Shown here: in pieces, positions 55,808 to 64,000 of the stretch
How the letters are laid out: each line of letters starts with the position of its first letter
How positions within the stretch are numbered: the stretch's first letter is position 1
From: Ruminococcus sp.
GTDB lineage: Bacteria > Bacillota > Clostridia > Oscillospirales > Ruminococcaceae
Reading direction: 5' to 3'
Length of the DNA: 64,000 nt
Assembly (NCBI GenBank): GCA_031262495.1
Contig: JAISHV010000040.1
Span: 17,561 to 81,560, forward strand
Position numbers and translations under genes: made by a program
Notes under the pieces: model-generated
The model's database searches: none
What the model was told of the DNA's origin: nothing
The model's input: the letters and a program-made list of their open reading frames with translations, nothing else

Positions 55808-56434
55808 TTAACCTTTTTTTTCACCCGCAAATATAACTAAAGCGCCAAACACCGCCGGGAGTAACGCTCTCATCACGATGTGATTGAACGGATTATCAAA
55901 ATTTGTAAACACACGCATTATACCGGAAATACCCATACTGTCTACAGCAAAATTCGCTAACGGGCGGTAAATCAATGCTGTATAGAAATTCTTAAAAATC
56001 ATCAGCAAAACATAAATTATACTGTAAATAACAAGCGGCTTCTTAATGAAATTCTTACGCAAACACAGTTTCACAGTAACAAAAAACAAAACCGCATAAT
56101 AAAAAATCAAACCCGCACAGAACATAATATTAAATGCTGCTTCACCGATATTAAAATTTGAAAGAAAGAGCGGAGCTGATTCTCTAAAAATTATCAGAAA
56201 TATCGAAACACCCAAAATGATAAAAATCTGACTTATATTTATATTTATTTTTCTATTCAGGAAAATTAAAGGCAATCCGATAAACATAAAAATCGTCAAA
56301 ACCTGAATTAAATATGAAAATAAAAGTAAGGGAAACTCAATCATCAAAGCATCTGTCAGACAAATAAACACTAAATTAACGGCGAAAACTAAACACAGCG
56401 TTTTCAATTTTGGGGTAAGAATATCTGTTTTCAT
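55808..56434 (-). CDS. polytopic membrane protein, unknown function
   Basis: About 6 hydrophobic helices. GAGGAA SD. The stop is 3 nt from the fic start. Confidence 0.5.
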   Translation of the reverse strand: MKTDILTPKLKTLCLVFAVNLVFICLTDALMIEFPLLLFSYLIQVLTIFMFIGLPLIFLNRKININISQIFIILGVSIFLIIFRESAPLFLSNFNIGEAAFNIMFCAGLIFYYAVLFFVTVKLCLRKNFIKKPLVIYSIIYVLLMIFKNFYTALIYRPLANFAVDSMGISGIMRVFTNFDNPFNHIVMRALLPAVFGALVIFAGEKKG

Positions 56435-56452
56435 AAAATTTCCTCAAATATA

Positions 56453-56481
56453 ATTATACCACCATTTTATTATATTGTCAA
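56453..56481 (-). promoter_or_regulatory. sigma-A promoter of the membrane-protein/fic pair
   Basis: On the minus strand: TTGACA, 17 nt, TATAAT. Confidence 0.6.
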
Positions 56482-56491
56482 GGCGAGCGAC

Positions 56492-56764
56492 CTATTTTCG
56501 TGACATAAACCACCTCCTCAGCCCCGCTTCTTCCTCAAGAAACATAAATTTCAGTACATTTCCGATACGTACGGTATAGCGAAGACCTGCGCCGCCGGCT
56601 TTTAAGCTTGCGGCTTTCGTAATTTCGAGTACGCGGTCCACAGCGTACTTGCGCCCGTCTTCCCATACAAAACCTATAGGCGTAATCATCCCGTCTTTTG
56701 AATGCTTTTCATAAACATCAATATAGACTTTCATTTCATTTTTAAGTAAATCAGAAATTTCCAT
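56492..56764 (-). CDS. small conserved-looking hypothetical protein downstream of dinB
   Basis: A 90-aa ORF 29 nt after the dinB stop on the same strand. No family recognised. Confidence 0.45.
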   Translation of the reverse strand: MEISDLLKNEMKVYIDVYEKHSKDGMITPIGFVWEDGRKYAVDRVLEITKAASLKAGGAGLRYTVRIGNVLKFMFLEEEAGLRRWFMSRK

Positions 56765-56793
56765 AAAAAAACCGTTCTATAATATCCAAAAAA

Positions 56794-58035
56794 TCAACTA
56801 AACCCCACCGGATGAATGATATTAGAAGATTTCGCATCTAATTTCCCGAGTTTGCCGCCGCTGTACATTAAAAGCCGCTGAACCGACAAATACCCGAAAC
56901 GCCGCCTTATGCCGTCGATTGTGAATTCTAAATTTTCGGTGCGAACACGTTTGTTGTCGTCTTCAAACATCGAAATCTGAGGGGTTTGCTCAAAGGGGAC
57001 TAAATTCATACCCCTGATACCGATACTGCGAAGCGGCAATTTCCAGTTGTAATTCTTTTTAAGCAGCAAAAGGGCAGTATCCGTAAGCTCGGCGGCAACA
57101 ACAGACGGCTTAGATAACACAGCTTGCCGCTCGAATGTCCGTAAATCAGTGTCACGCAGACTGATTTGAACCGTTTTCGCCATCATACCGATTTCGCGCA
57201 TACGCTCACAGACCGATTCGGCTAAATTATAGAAGACTATATGCGCATCGTTTGAATTTTCGAGGTCGCGGGGGCAGGTTGTAGAATTCCCGACGGATTT
57301 AATTTCGCGTTCATAACTGCTCGGCTTGACAGGGGAAGTATCAAGTCCGTTTGCGTAGGTATAAAGATGAAGTCCCCACTTCCCGAAAATGTGCTCTAAA
57401 CAAGCCGCATCGGCGTTTGCGATATCGCCGATAGTGTTAATGCCGGATGAAGCCAAGCGTTTCCCGGCTGAACGCCCCACGCCGAGCAAATCGGAAGCGG
57501 AGAGTCCCCATACAACTTTTTTGAAGTTTGTCGGTGAAATAACGGTGGTAGCATCGGGCTTTTTGATATCAGAACCGAGTTTTGCGAAGATTTTGTTATA
57601 GGAAACGCCGATTGAGATGGTGAGCCCTAATTCTTTTTTAACGCGTTCACGGATTTCGTCAGCCAAAAGCCGAGCCGCATCGGGCTTCCCGCAGATGTCT
57701 GTCACGTCAACCCAGCTTTCGTCTAAGCCGAAAGGTTCGACATAATCGGAGTATTCCGATAAAATTTCACGAAAGAGTGCTGAAAATTTTTGATATTTCG
57801 GGTAATCAGGCGGTACAATTATCAGGTCTTTGCACCGCTCCTTAGCCTGCCAGAGTGCCATTCCGACTTGAATACCGAAAGGTTTTGCAATATAATTTTT
57901 CGCTAATATAATCCCATGCCGTTCCTCTGCCGAACCGCCCACAGCCACAGGGTATGCGCCTAATTTCGGGTGATGAAGCACTTCAACCGAGGCGTAAAAA
58001 TTATTAATATCACAATGCAAAATTTTCCGATACAT
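56794..58035 (-). CDS. dinB: DNA polymerase IV (Y-family)
   Basis: ILHCDINNFYASVE, FGLDESWVDVT, SIGVSYNKIFAKLGSDIKKPD, and GVGRSAGKRL in the little-finger region. Confidence 0.9.
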   Translation of the reverse strand: MYRKILHCDINNFYASVEVLHHPKLGAYPVAVGGSAEERHGIILAKNYIAKPFGIQVGMALWQAKERCKDLIIVPPDYPKYQKFSALFREILSEYSDYVEPFGLDESWVDVTDICGKPDAARLLADEIRERVKKELGLTISIGVSYNKIFAKLGSDIKKPDATTVISPTNFKKVVWGLSASDLLGVGRSAGKRLASSGINTIGDIANADAACLEHIFGKWGLHLYTYANGLDTSPVKPSSYEREIKSVGNSTTCPRDLENSNDAHIVFYNLAESVCERMREIGMMAKTVQISLRDTDLRTFERQAVLSKPSVVAAELTDTALLLLKKNYNWKLPLRSIGIRGMNLVPFEQTPQISMFEDDNKRVRTENLEFTIDGIRRRFGYLSVQRLLMYSGGKLGKLDAKSSNIIHPVGFS

Positions 58036-58090
58036 AAAAGCCTCGTGTTGTTTTTTTACCGCTTAAAACAATTATATTTCGTGTGTATGT

Positions 58091-58119
58091 ATTATACCAC
58101 ATAAATTACTTCTTGTCAA
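58091..58119 (-). promoter_or_regulatory. sigma-A promoter of dinB
   Basis: On the minus strand: TTGACA, 17 nt, TATAAT. Confidence 0.55.
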
Positions 58120-58211
58120 TAGGTTTTTAAAATAAAATTTATTTCATAAAATTTCTATGCAGAGGGTGTTTTACCCTAAAAAAATTCATATAAACTAAAA
58201 AGAAAATTCAC

Positions 58212-58240
58212 TTGACAATTTTTAAATACTATGGTATGAT
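58212..58240 (+). promoter_or_regulatory. sigma-A promoter (extended -10) of hybrid kinase 2
   Basis: TTGACA, 17 nt, TATGAT preceded by TGg. Confidence 0.55.
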
Positions 58241-58366
58241 GTATTATAGGTAATTGTATCATAAATAAATTTAAAAATAATTCCAATACTTTCCTTTCCT
58301 GCAATTGATAACCATTACAACAAATGGTGTAAAAAACACCACGCTTCAAGGGAGTTAAGTTCAATT

Positions 58367-60646
58367 ATGAAAACAGCAAAACCATTTGAAGAAAGCTTTT
58401 TCAGCGAGCCGGCATTCAATGAGCAGCTTTTTATTAATATATTCCAGACAATGGATGCTGCAATAATTCTAAGACCTGATGAAAAGCATATTGCAAACGC
58501 CAAATTTGATGAAATAATGCCCGGATGGGACGAAGTTTTTAAGGACAGAAATAATACCAACGGACTATATGAATTTTTTGAAAAGTTCACCGAAAACCCG
58601 GATGATCATCTGAAAACTATCGCAAGGCTTCGTGAAACTCGCGAATCACAAGAAACCATATGGCATTTCAAATCGGGCAGAACATATTCTGCGCGTGGTT
58701 TTCTCATTAATTTCGGTGTCGATGATTATGCCGAATTATGGGTACTTCGTGATATCACAGAGATTGAAACACAGTTCAAAATATTTGACAGTGTTTTTGA
58801 AACTATGGAAGACCCTGCTGTCATGTTTTTACCCGGCAGAATGCCGATAGGAAACAGCGCGTATTCAAAGGCTTTCCCGGGATGGAAGGATGTTTATCGT
58901 TTCGGTCAGGTTATTGATGAAGAAATGGTAGAATTTTGGAATCAATTCATATTAAACCCCGAAGAAGCCGCCGAACAAGTTAAAAAGCTGCGTGAAACAC
59001 ACACAAATCAAGAAATTATCTGGCATTTTAAAAACGGCAAAGAACTGTTATTTAAAGCAACAATAGTCGAATTTACTGCTAATAAATATGCCGAACTGTG
59101 GATTTCACGGGACATAACAGAACTATCGAAAACAAAACTCCTCTTTAACGAGATTTTTAACGTAATGGACCCCGCTGTCGCAATTATGACAGACGGAACA
59201 TTTATTGCAAACAACGCATATGACGATATCTTCCCGGACTGGTTTACCAAATACAACGCCGCAATAACAGGCGATGATGTTAAGGATTTCAACACGCTCA
59301 CGGCATATTGGGACTCAATGATTACAAACACCGATGAGCATATTGAAGCAATCAGGAAACTGCGCAGCACTCACGAGCCGGTACAATCTATATGGCATTT
59401 CCGCGACGGAAAAGAATGTATCCAAAAAGGTTATTGGCTCAATCTTCGCGATCAGGGCGGCGAATTGTGGGTTTTGACTGACGTCTCAAGACTGTATGAT
59501 GCAATGCGCCGCGCTAATGATGCCAGTCTCGCTAAGTCGATGTTTTTATCGTCAATGTCTCACGAAATAAGAACACCGATGAATGCAATAATCGGCATGA
59601 CCTCACTTGCGCAAAAAACCGATGATTTACCGCGTATAAAGCGTTATCTTGAAAAAACCGAAGAAGCGGGACACCGCCTAATGTCGATTATCAATGACGT
59701 TTTAGATATGAGTAAAATCGAAAGCGGCAAACTTGAAATCTCCGAAACCTCTTTTGACTACAAAAAAATGATTGAAAACGCCGTAAATGTTATAGCCGAT
59801 AAGGCGGTTGACAAAGGCATTGAAGTAAATGTTGTTTTCAATTCACCCATAAAGCGAATGATTTGGGCTGATGAATTACGATTGTCGCAGGTTATCGTTA
59901 ACTTGCTGTCAAATGCCGTAAAATTCACACCCGACTGCGGTCATATTACACTGACGACAGATATTATCGGTCAAAACCGCCTTCGTATTACTTGCACCGA
60001 CACAGGGATAGGTATTAGCCCCTCGTCAATGGAAAAACTCTTTAACAGCTTTGAACAAGCCGATAAATCCATTACACGCCAATACGGCGGGACAGGACTG
60101 GGGCTTGCGATAAGCAAACAGATTGTCGAACTGATGGGCGGCGAAATCTTCGTTGAGAGTAAAGAAGGTGTAGGCTCAACATTTGCATTTGAAATCCCGA
60201 TTGAGTGGTCAGGTGAAATACATTACAGTGAAGACGGCTCAGATGTTCTTGACAATACCGGCAATTGCAATGATATCTTCTGCGGAAAGAGAATTCTGCT
60301 TGTTGAGGATGTCGAAGTCAATCGAATGATTGTAACTATGTTGCTTGAAGAAACAGGCTGTGTAATAGATGAAGCCGAAAACGGACAAATTGCCGTTGAC
60401 TTTGCCTCCAATTCAGCGTATAACCTAATTCTCATGGATATGCAGATGCCCGTAATGGATGGTTTAACGGCTACACGTGAAATCAGAAAATTTAATAAAA
60501 CAGTCCCGATTATTGCGATGACAGCTAACGCATTCAAAGAAGATGCCGACGCCTGCATTAACGCCGGAATGAACGCCCACTTAGCAAAACCTATTGACAA
60601 CGAAATATTCTTAGCTCTGCTCACAGAATACTTAAAAAAGAAATAG
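58367..60646 (+). CDS. cytoplasmic hybrid sensor histidine kinase (3 PAS-like repeats, HisKA, HATPase, REC)
   Basis: No TM segment. Three roughly 125-aa repeats each end in IWHF(K/R)(S/N/D)G...ELW(V/I)xxD(I/V). H-box SHEIRTPMNAIIG; GTGLGLAISK; receiver ILLVEDVEVN...ILMDMQMPVMDG...AMTANA. Confidence 0.9.
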   Translation: MKTAKPFEESFFSEPAFNEQLFINIFQTMDAAIILRPDEKHIANAKFDEIMPGWDEVFKDRNNTNGLYEFFEKFTENPDDHLKTIARLRETRESQETIWHFKSGRTYSARGFLINFGVDDYAELWVLRDITEIETQFKIFDSVFETMEDPAVMFLPGRMPIGNSAYSKAFPGWKDVYRFGQVIDEEMVEFWNQFILNPEEAAEQVKKLRETHTNQEIIWHFKNGKELLFKATIVEFTANKYAELWISRDITELSKTKLLFNEIFNVMDPAVAIMTDGTFIANNAYDDIFPDWFTKYNAAITGDDVKDFNTLTAYWDSMITNTDEHIEAIRKLRSTHEPVQSIWHFRDGKECIQKGYWLNLRDQGGELWVLTDVSRLYDAMRRANDASLAKSMFLSSMSHEIRTPMNAIIGMTSLAQKTDDLPRIKRYLEKTEEAGHRLMSIINDVLDMSKIESGKLEISETSFDYKKMIENAVNVIADKAVDKGIEVNVVFNSPIKRMIWADELRLSQVIVNLLSNAVKFTPDCGHITLTTDIIGQNRLRITCTDTGIGISPSSMEKLFNSFEQADKSITRQYGGTGLGLAISKQIVELMGGEIFVESKEGVGSTFAFEIPIEWSGEIHYSEDGSDVLDNTGNCNDIFCGKRILLVEDVEVNRMIVTMLLEETGCVIDEAENGQIAVDFASNSAYNLILMDMQMPVMDGLTATREIRKFNKTVPIIAMTANAFKEDADACINAGMNAHLAKPIDNEIFLALLTEYLKKK

Positions 60647-60650
60647 CCGT

Positions 60651-60688
60651 GCCCCCTGAAATACTACTTTTCAGGGGGATTTATTTTT
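60651..60688 (+). terminator. intrinsic terminator
   Basis: CCCCCTGAAA tactac TTTCAGGGGG ATTTATTTTT. Confidence 0.8.
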
Positions 60689-60844
60689 CTTTTACTTATT
60701 GTAAAGTTATTTACTTTACGATAAAATTTGACAATTAAATATTCATAATATGATATATCGTGCTTGTTATACAAACAGTTATATTCATGACGCTTAAAGA
60801 AAATTTGCATACAGGAAAACTTCACATAAAATTATCTGAAATTG

Positions 60845-60873
60845 TTGACAAAACACAAATAATAGTGTATAAT
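60845..60873 (+). promoter_or_regulatory. sigma-A promoter
   Basis: TTGACA, 17 nt, TATAAT. Confidence 0.55.
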
Positions 60874-60978
60874 TATTAAGATTGTTCAGGCTGATTTGTT
60901 TTTTGTGAGGTTTTCAAAATCAGGTACGATAATAAAATATTTCGTGTAAATGAAAAAAAGATTCGCGGCAGAGCTGCT

Positions 60979-61656
60979 TTGCGGATGCTTATAATGCTTA
61001 TTCCGATTCCCGTGACTGTGTTTGCGGCAGCGGCGGTTATACTGTTTTTTAACGTAATTTTAGGATTTCAAATTCCTTACACCCTCTCAAGAATAATAAT
61101 TACGGCACTCACATTCGTTTTTTTATACGGTTTTTTTACAGTCGTAATTTTTTCAACCATAAATGAACACCGTCTGCGCGGGCATAAAGAGAACACGTAT
61201 ATTGAAATATACGACAAAAACCTTATAATTTCTCAATTTGTACAAACCGCAATTATTAATAAATCCATCCGTACCTATAAACGCTTATGGGTTGCCGATA
61301 TAAAAACCATTGATGATATTATCGTAAAAAAACACACAGTAGTCTTTAAAATTAAAGCTGAATATTTTAATGATGATGCGTTGTTTTTAGCATACGAAAA
61401 ATCTGAAGACGGTTTTCATTTTAAGATGTGGATGCCGCCCGATGCGGGAAAAAAGGTTTCGTCTTTTGAAATAACAGACCACTACACAGATTCCGAACGC
61501 ATAGCGCAACGAATTTTCCTTGTCGCCGGCAATATCAGAGCGCGCGATGCAAGGCGTGAGCGTTTCAGAAAAGAAATGCTCGAGCGCGCAAAAAATGCCC
61601 CGCGTTCAACCTACCTCAAAGACCGCGTTCAGCCTAAACGCCGTCCACGGTACTGA
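60979..61656 (+). CDS. membrane protein, unknown function
   Basis: Two N-terminal TM helices, then a soluble domain and a basic tail. The start codon is uncertain (TTG 60979 or ATG 60985/60994). Confidence 0.45.
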   Translation: MRMLIMLIPIPVTVFAAAAVILFFNVILGFQIPYTLSRIIITALTFVFLYGFFTVVIFSTINEHRLRGHKENTYIEIYDKNLIISQFVQTAIINKSIRTYKRLWVADIKTIDDIIVKKHTVVFKIKAEYFNDDALFLAYEKSEDGFHFKMWMPPDAGKKVSSFEITDHYTDSERIAQRIFLVAGNIRARDARRERFRKEMLERAKNAPRSTYLKDRVQPKRRPRY

Positions 61657-61686
61657 TTTGCAAAAACATAAAAATATTATAAACTT

Positions 61687-61861
61687 ATACTAATATGCAT
61701 TTAAAGAATTGATTGAATTTGCTCTGAAACAACGGTGCGCCAAGCAGAAAAAAATCTGCCGGGCGGTCGCCCCTACAAACCCAAAAAATTAAATACAATT
61801 TGTAGGGGCGGGCGCCCCGCCCGCCCGCACATCATTTCACTTTTTTATTGCGTATTAGTAT
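61687..61861 (+). mobile_element. MITE-like GC-rich palindromic element, copy 3
   Basis: TACTAATATGCATT ... ATTGCGTATTAGTA termini (12/14). It is collinear with copy 2, except that the first GC arm is replaced by GTGCGCCAAGCAGAAAAAAATCTGCCGGGCGGTCGCCCC. Confidence 0.7.
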
Positions 61862-61896
61862 TAAAACGTAACAAATTTTAAATTACAGGTGATTTA

Positions 61897-62436
61897 TTGC
61901 TTTTATTAAATGATTTACTGACGGGGAAGGACTGTGCCGAATGTCGGTTATGCTGTTGGTTCACAAAATATGATTTGTGGGAAACGCCTGTTCTGACTGA
62001 TAATTTACGCGAGTATATCACAGACAATTACCCCGGCGTACGAATGACAAAACGCCCGAACGGTGAACCGGGGAGTCTCTTTATTATGGAAGAGACAAGC
62101 GAATTTGTCGTTTTTGAAGATGAAGAAATAACGCGCTATAATTGCCCGATGCTCACTGAAAACGGCTGTATCTTAGGCGATAATAAACCCTTTGAATGTG
62201 CAATCTGGCCATATCGCATAATGCACAAAAACGGCGTGTATTTTATTTCACTCTCGACCCTTTGTAAACCTATCTTAGATAACTCAATGAAGTCACTGCT
62301 AAGTAAGCTGACAACAGGCGGACTCAAACAGCAAATAGTCGAATATGCACGTGAAAATCCGTGCATAATAAAAGAATATAAAGACGGTTATCCCATACTG
62401 ATGATACTGTCAGAACAGGATTTACTTAAATTTTAA
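61897..62436 (+). CDS. CxxCxxCC (YkgJ-like) cysteine-cluster protein
   Basis: CAECRLCC near the N-terminus, plus downstream CPML..GC and FECAIWP cysteines. TTG start with an AGGTGA SD. Confidence 0.5.
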   Translation: MLLLNDLLTGKDCAECRLCCWFTKYDLWETPVLTDNLREYITDNYPGVRMTKRPNGEPGSLFIMEETSEFVVFEDEEITRYNCPMLTENGCILGDNKPFECAIWPYRIMHKNGVYFISLSTLCKPILDNSMKSLLSKLTTGGLKQQIVEYARENPCIIKEYKDGYPILMILSEQDLLKF

Positions 62437-62509
62437 CGTGAAAAACCTAAAAGGCATTACCTTTAATAGCTTTCTTTGCCGCCGTGAGCGGCGGAACGGA
62501 GTATAAAAA

Positions 62510-63730
62510 ATGAAAACATACGGAATTATAAGCGAATACAACCCTTTCCACAATGGTCACAAACACCACATTGATGAGATTCGCAAAGCAGGTGCTACGC
62601 ACATTGTCGCTGTAATGAGCGGTAACTACGTTCAGCGCGGCGATGTCGCTTTAATCGACAAATTCAAACGTGCCGAAATCGCAGTAAAAAACGGGGTTGA
62701 CCTTGTGATTGAAATGCCTGTTGTATATTCACTCGCTCCCGCCGAACTCTTTGCGCGTTCCGGTATTATGACACTGGGGGCTTTGGGCGTGGTTGATGGT
62801 ATTTCATTCGGCTGTGAAAATACCGATATTACAATGCTAAAAAGTGCTGCCGAAGCATCCGTTAAAGCGGCGACACCCGAAAAACTTAAACCATTGCTTG
62901 AACAGGGGATATCATTCCCTCAAGCACTCCAACAAATTATCGGGCTTGAAGCCGGACCGATGGTTGCCGACATTTTTGACGACCCGAATAACACCTTAGC
63001 TATTGAATACCTCAAATCTCTGAACTTTTTTAATCTCGCTCTTGACATATTACCGATTAAACGCGAAGGTGTTTCTCATGATTCAGATGAAACTTCAGGT
63101 AAATTCGCGTCTGCTTCTAAAATCCGCGAAATGATTGAAAACGATGAGGATATCAGTGCATTTGTGCCGAAAGAAACCCTCGAAGCCGTAAAAGAATACG
63201 AAGAAAAAGAATGGCTCTGCTATTTTGATAACCTTGAGCGTGAAATCCTTTACGCCCTCCGAAAATCAGTAATAACACAGCTCCAACAAATCCCCGATGT
63301 AGCTCAAGGCTTAGAAAACCGCATCTTTGAAGCCGGAAAAATGGCATCTTCCATTGATGAACTCCTTGAAATGATAAAAACAAAACGCTACACAATGGCG
63401 CGAATCCGCCGAATTCTGCTTAATCTGTATCTCGGTATTTTAAATACGGATATCTTAGTGCCGCCGTCTTTCGGGCATATTTTAGCATTCAACGAACGCG
63501 GCACGGAAATCCTAAAAGCCTCCGAAGAAAAGAATAAAGACAGCGAAAGCAAGCTGAAAATGCCTTTTTCATCAGATATCAAAGAATGTTTCAACGCCCC
63601 TGCGCCGCCGGCAAAGCGTTTCGTTCAGCTGACAACCACTTCAAGCGACCTTTACGCACTCGCTTCCCGCGCAATAAGACGCTCGGGTTCTGACTTCACC
63701 GCGCATATTACAAAGATTGATACTGACTGA
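62510..63730 (+). CDS. tmcAL: tRNA(Met) cytidine acetate ligase (TmcAL; UPF0348/YlbM family nucleotidyltransferase)
   Basis: GIISEYNPFHNGHKHHI HxGH-type motif, VAVMSGNYVQRGD and the overall length fit the family. Confidence 0.8.
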   Translation: MKTYGIISEYNPFHNGHKHHIDEIRKAGATHIVAVMSGNYVQRGDVALIDKFKRAEIAVKNGVDLVIEMPVVYSLAPAELFARSGIMTLGALGVVDGISFGCENTDITMLKSAAEASVKAATPEKLKPLLEQGISFPQALQQIIGLEAGPMVADIFDDPNNTLAIEYLKSLNFFNLALDILPIKREGVSHDSDETSGKFASASKIREMIENDEDISAFVPKETLEAVKEYEEKEWLCYFDNLEREILYALRKSVITQLQQIPDVAQGLENRIFEAGKMASSIDELLEMIKTKRYTMARIRRILLNLYLGILNTDILVPPSFGHILAFNERGTEILKASEEKNKDSESKLKMPFSSDIKECFNAPAPPAKRFVQLTTTSSDLYALASRAIRRSGSDFTAHITKIDTD

Positions 63731-63784
63731 TTATTTTCTTTGATACTCATTTAAGAACTTTTTGTGAATTTTTATAAATTACAC

Positions 63785-63813
63785 TTGACAAACTTTTCGT
63801 AATAATGTATAAT
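63785..63813 (+). promoter_or_regulatory. sigma-A promoter of the rplU operon
   Basis: TTGACA, 17 nt, TATAAT. Confidence 0.65.
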
Positions 63814-63820
63814 AATTGTT

Positions 63821-63930
63821 GCCGCGTGCTGAGGTTATTTATAATTTAAGCGGAGTGGGCTGAAATTTGCGGTAGTCTCTGTTACAAATTTTAGTAAATT
63901 CTCCCGCCGAAGGCAGCGAGTTTTATAAGA
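63821..63930 (+). promoter_or_regulatory. ribosomal protein L21 leader (candidate)
   Basis: A roughly 125-nt structured leader lies between the promoter and rplU. It ends in a terminator-like hairpin (CTC.CGCC gaa GGC.GCGAG) followed by TTTTAT. The position matches the Firmicutes L21 leader. Confidence 0.45.
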
Positions 63931-63945
63931 AAGCAGGTGTACTGA

Positions 63946-64000
63946 ATGTACGCTGTAATTGAAACAGGCGGAAAACAGTATCAAGTAAAAGAGGGCGATG
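63946..64000 (+). CDS. rplU: 50S ribosomal protein L21 (3' end outside window)
   Basis: MYAVIETGGKQYQVKEGD is the canonical L21 N-terminus. AGGTG SD 7 nt upstream. Confidence 0.9.
   Translation, partial: MYAVIETGGKQYQVKEGD

Noticed and set aside
58036-58130. Search for a LexA/SOS (Cheo-type GAAC-N4-GTTC) box upstream of dinB
   Set aside because: No such palindrome is visible around the -35/-10 or in the leader. Absence by eye is not proof, so it is mentioned only as context in a finding.
1-64000. Prophage, integrative element, defence island or autonomous transposon
   Set aside because: I recognised no integrase, transposase, recombinase, capsid/terminase, restriction-modification, Cas, reverse transcriptase or toxin-antitoxin signatures. 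The STAND ATPase has a LuxR DNA-binding output typical of MalT-type regulators, not a defence effector. The NYN, HD and Fic genes are isolated housekeeping-style genes.

Overview
This 64-kb chromosomal segment comes from a low-GC Gram-positive anaerobe (roughly 40% GC by eye). A cotJABC spore-coat operon, chemotaxis genes and a type-I dockerin point to a spore-forming member of the Clostridia, possibly Oscillospiraceae/Ruminococcus-like; this taxon call is inference only. I call about 44 protein genes and see no rRNA, tRNA, CRISPR, transposase, integrase or phage genes. Gene order: a CotH / VTC / DUF4956 / glycosidase-like cluster. A minus-strand signalling operon (response regulator-GGDEF, lipid kinase, hybrid histidine kinase with HPt). 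A MalT/LuxR-type STAND regulator. Two divergent giant secreted proteins (about 2520 and 1833 aa) bracketing a LytTR response regulator and a membrane protein that keeps a histidine-kinase H-box but has no ATPase domain. A candidate cobalamin riboswitch in front of a BtuFCD-like ABC importer. A membrane-anchored PstS-like protein and a GT-C-like glycosyltransferase. An ECF transporter. Two paralogous secreted transglutaminase-like proteins (one with a dockerin) flanking a methyl-accepting chemotaxis protein. Then an HD protein, cotJA-cotJB-cotJC, a CheW-like protein, a CNNM/CorC transporter, NYN-LOTUS, HAD and EAL-HDOD proteins, a GH25 lysozyme, Fic, DinB, a second hybrid kinase, TmcAL, and the L21 leader with the start of rplU. 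The least expected signal is non-coding. Short GC-rich palindromic elements with TA-flanked terminal inverted repeats (MITE-like) occur three times, with a shorter variant once. There are also other hairpin-rich intergenic modules and a roughly 50-nt motif shared by two 3' UTRs. No recognisable defence system or autonomous mobile element is present. The most system-like candidates are the giant-protein/LytTR locus with its shared unassigned C-terminal module and the CotH-VTC-DUF4956 cluster. All family assignments come from motif recognition by eye and need HMM or structure confirmation.
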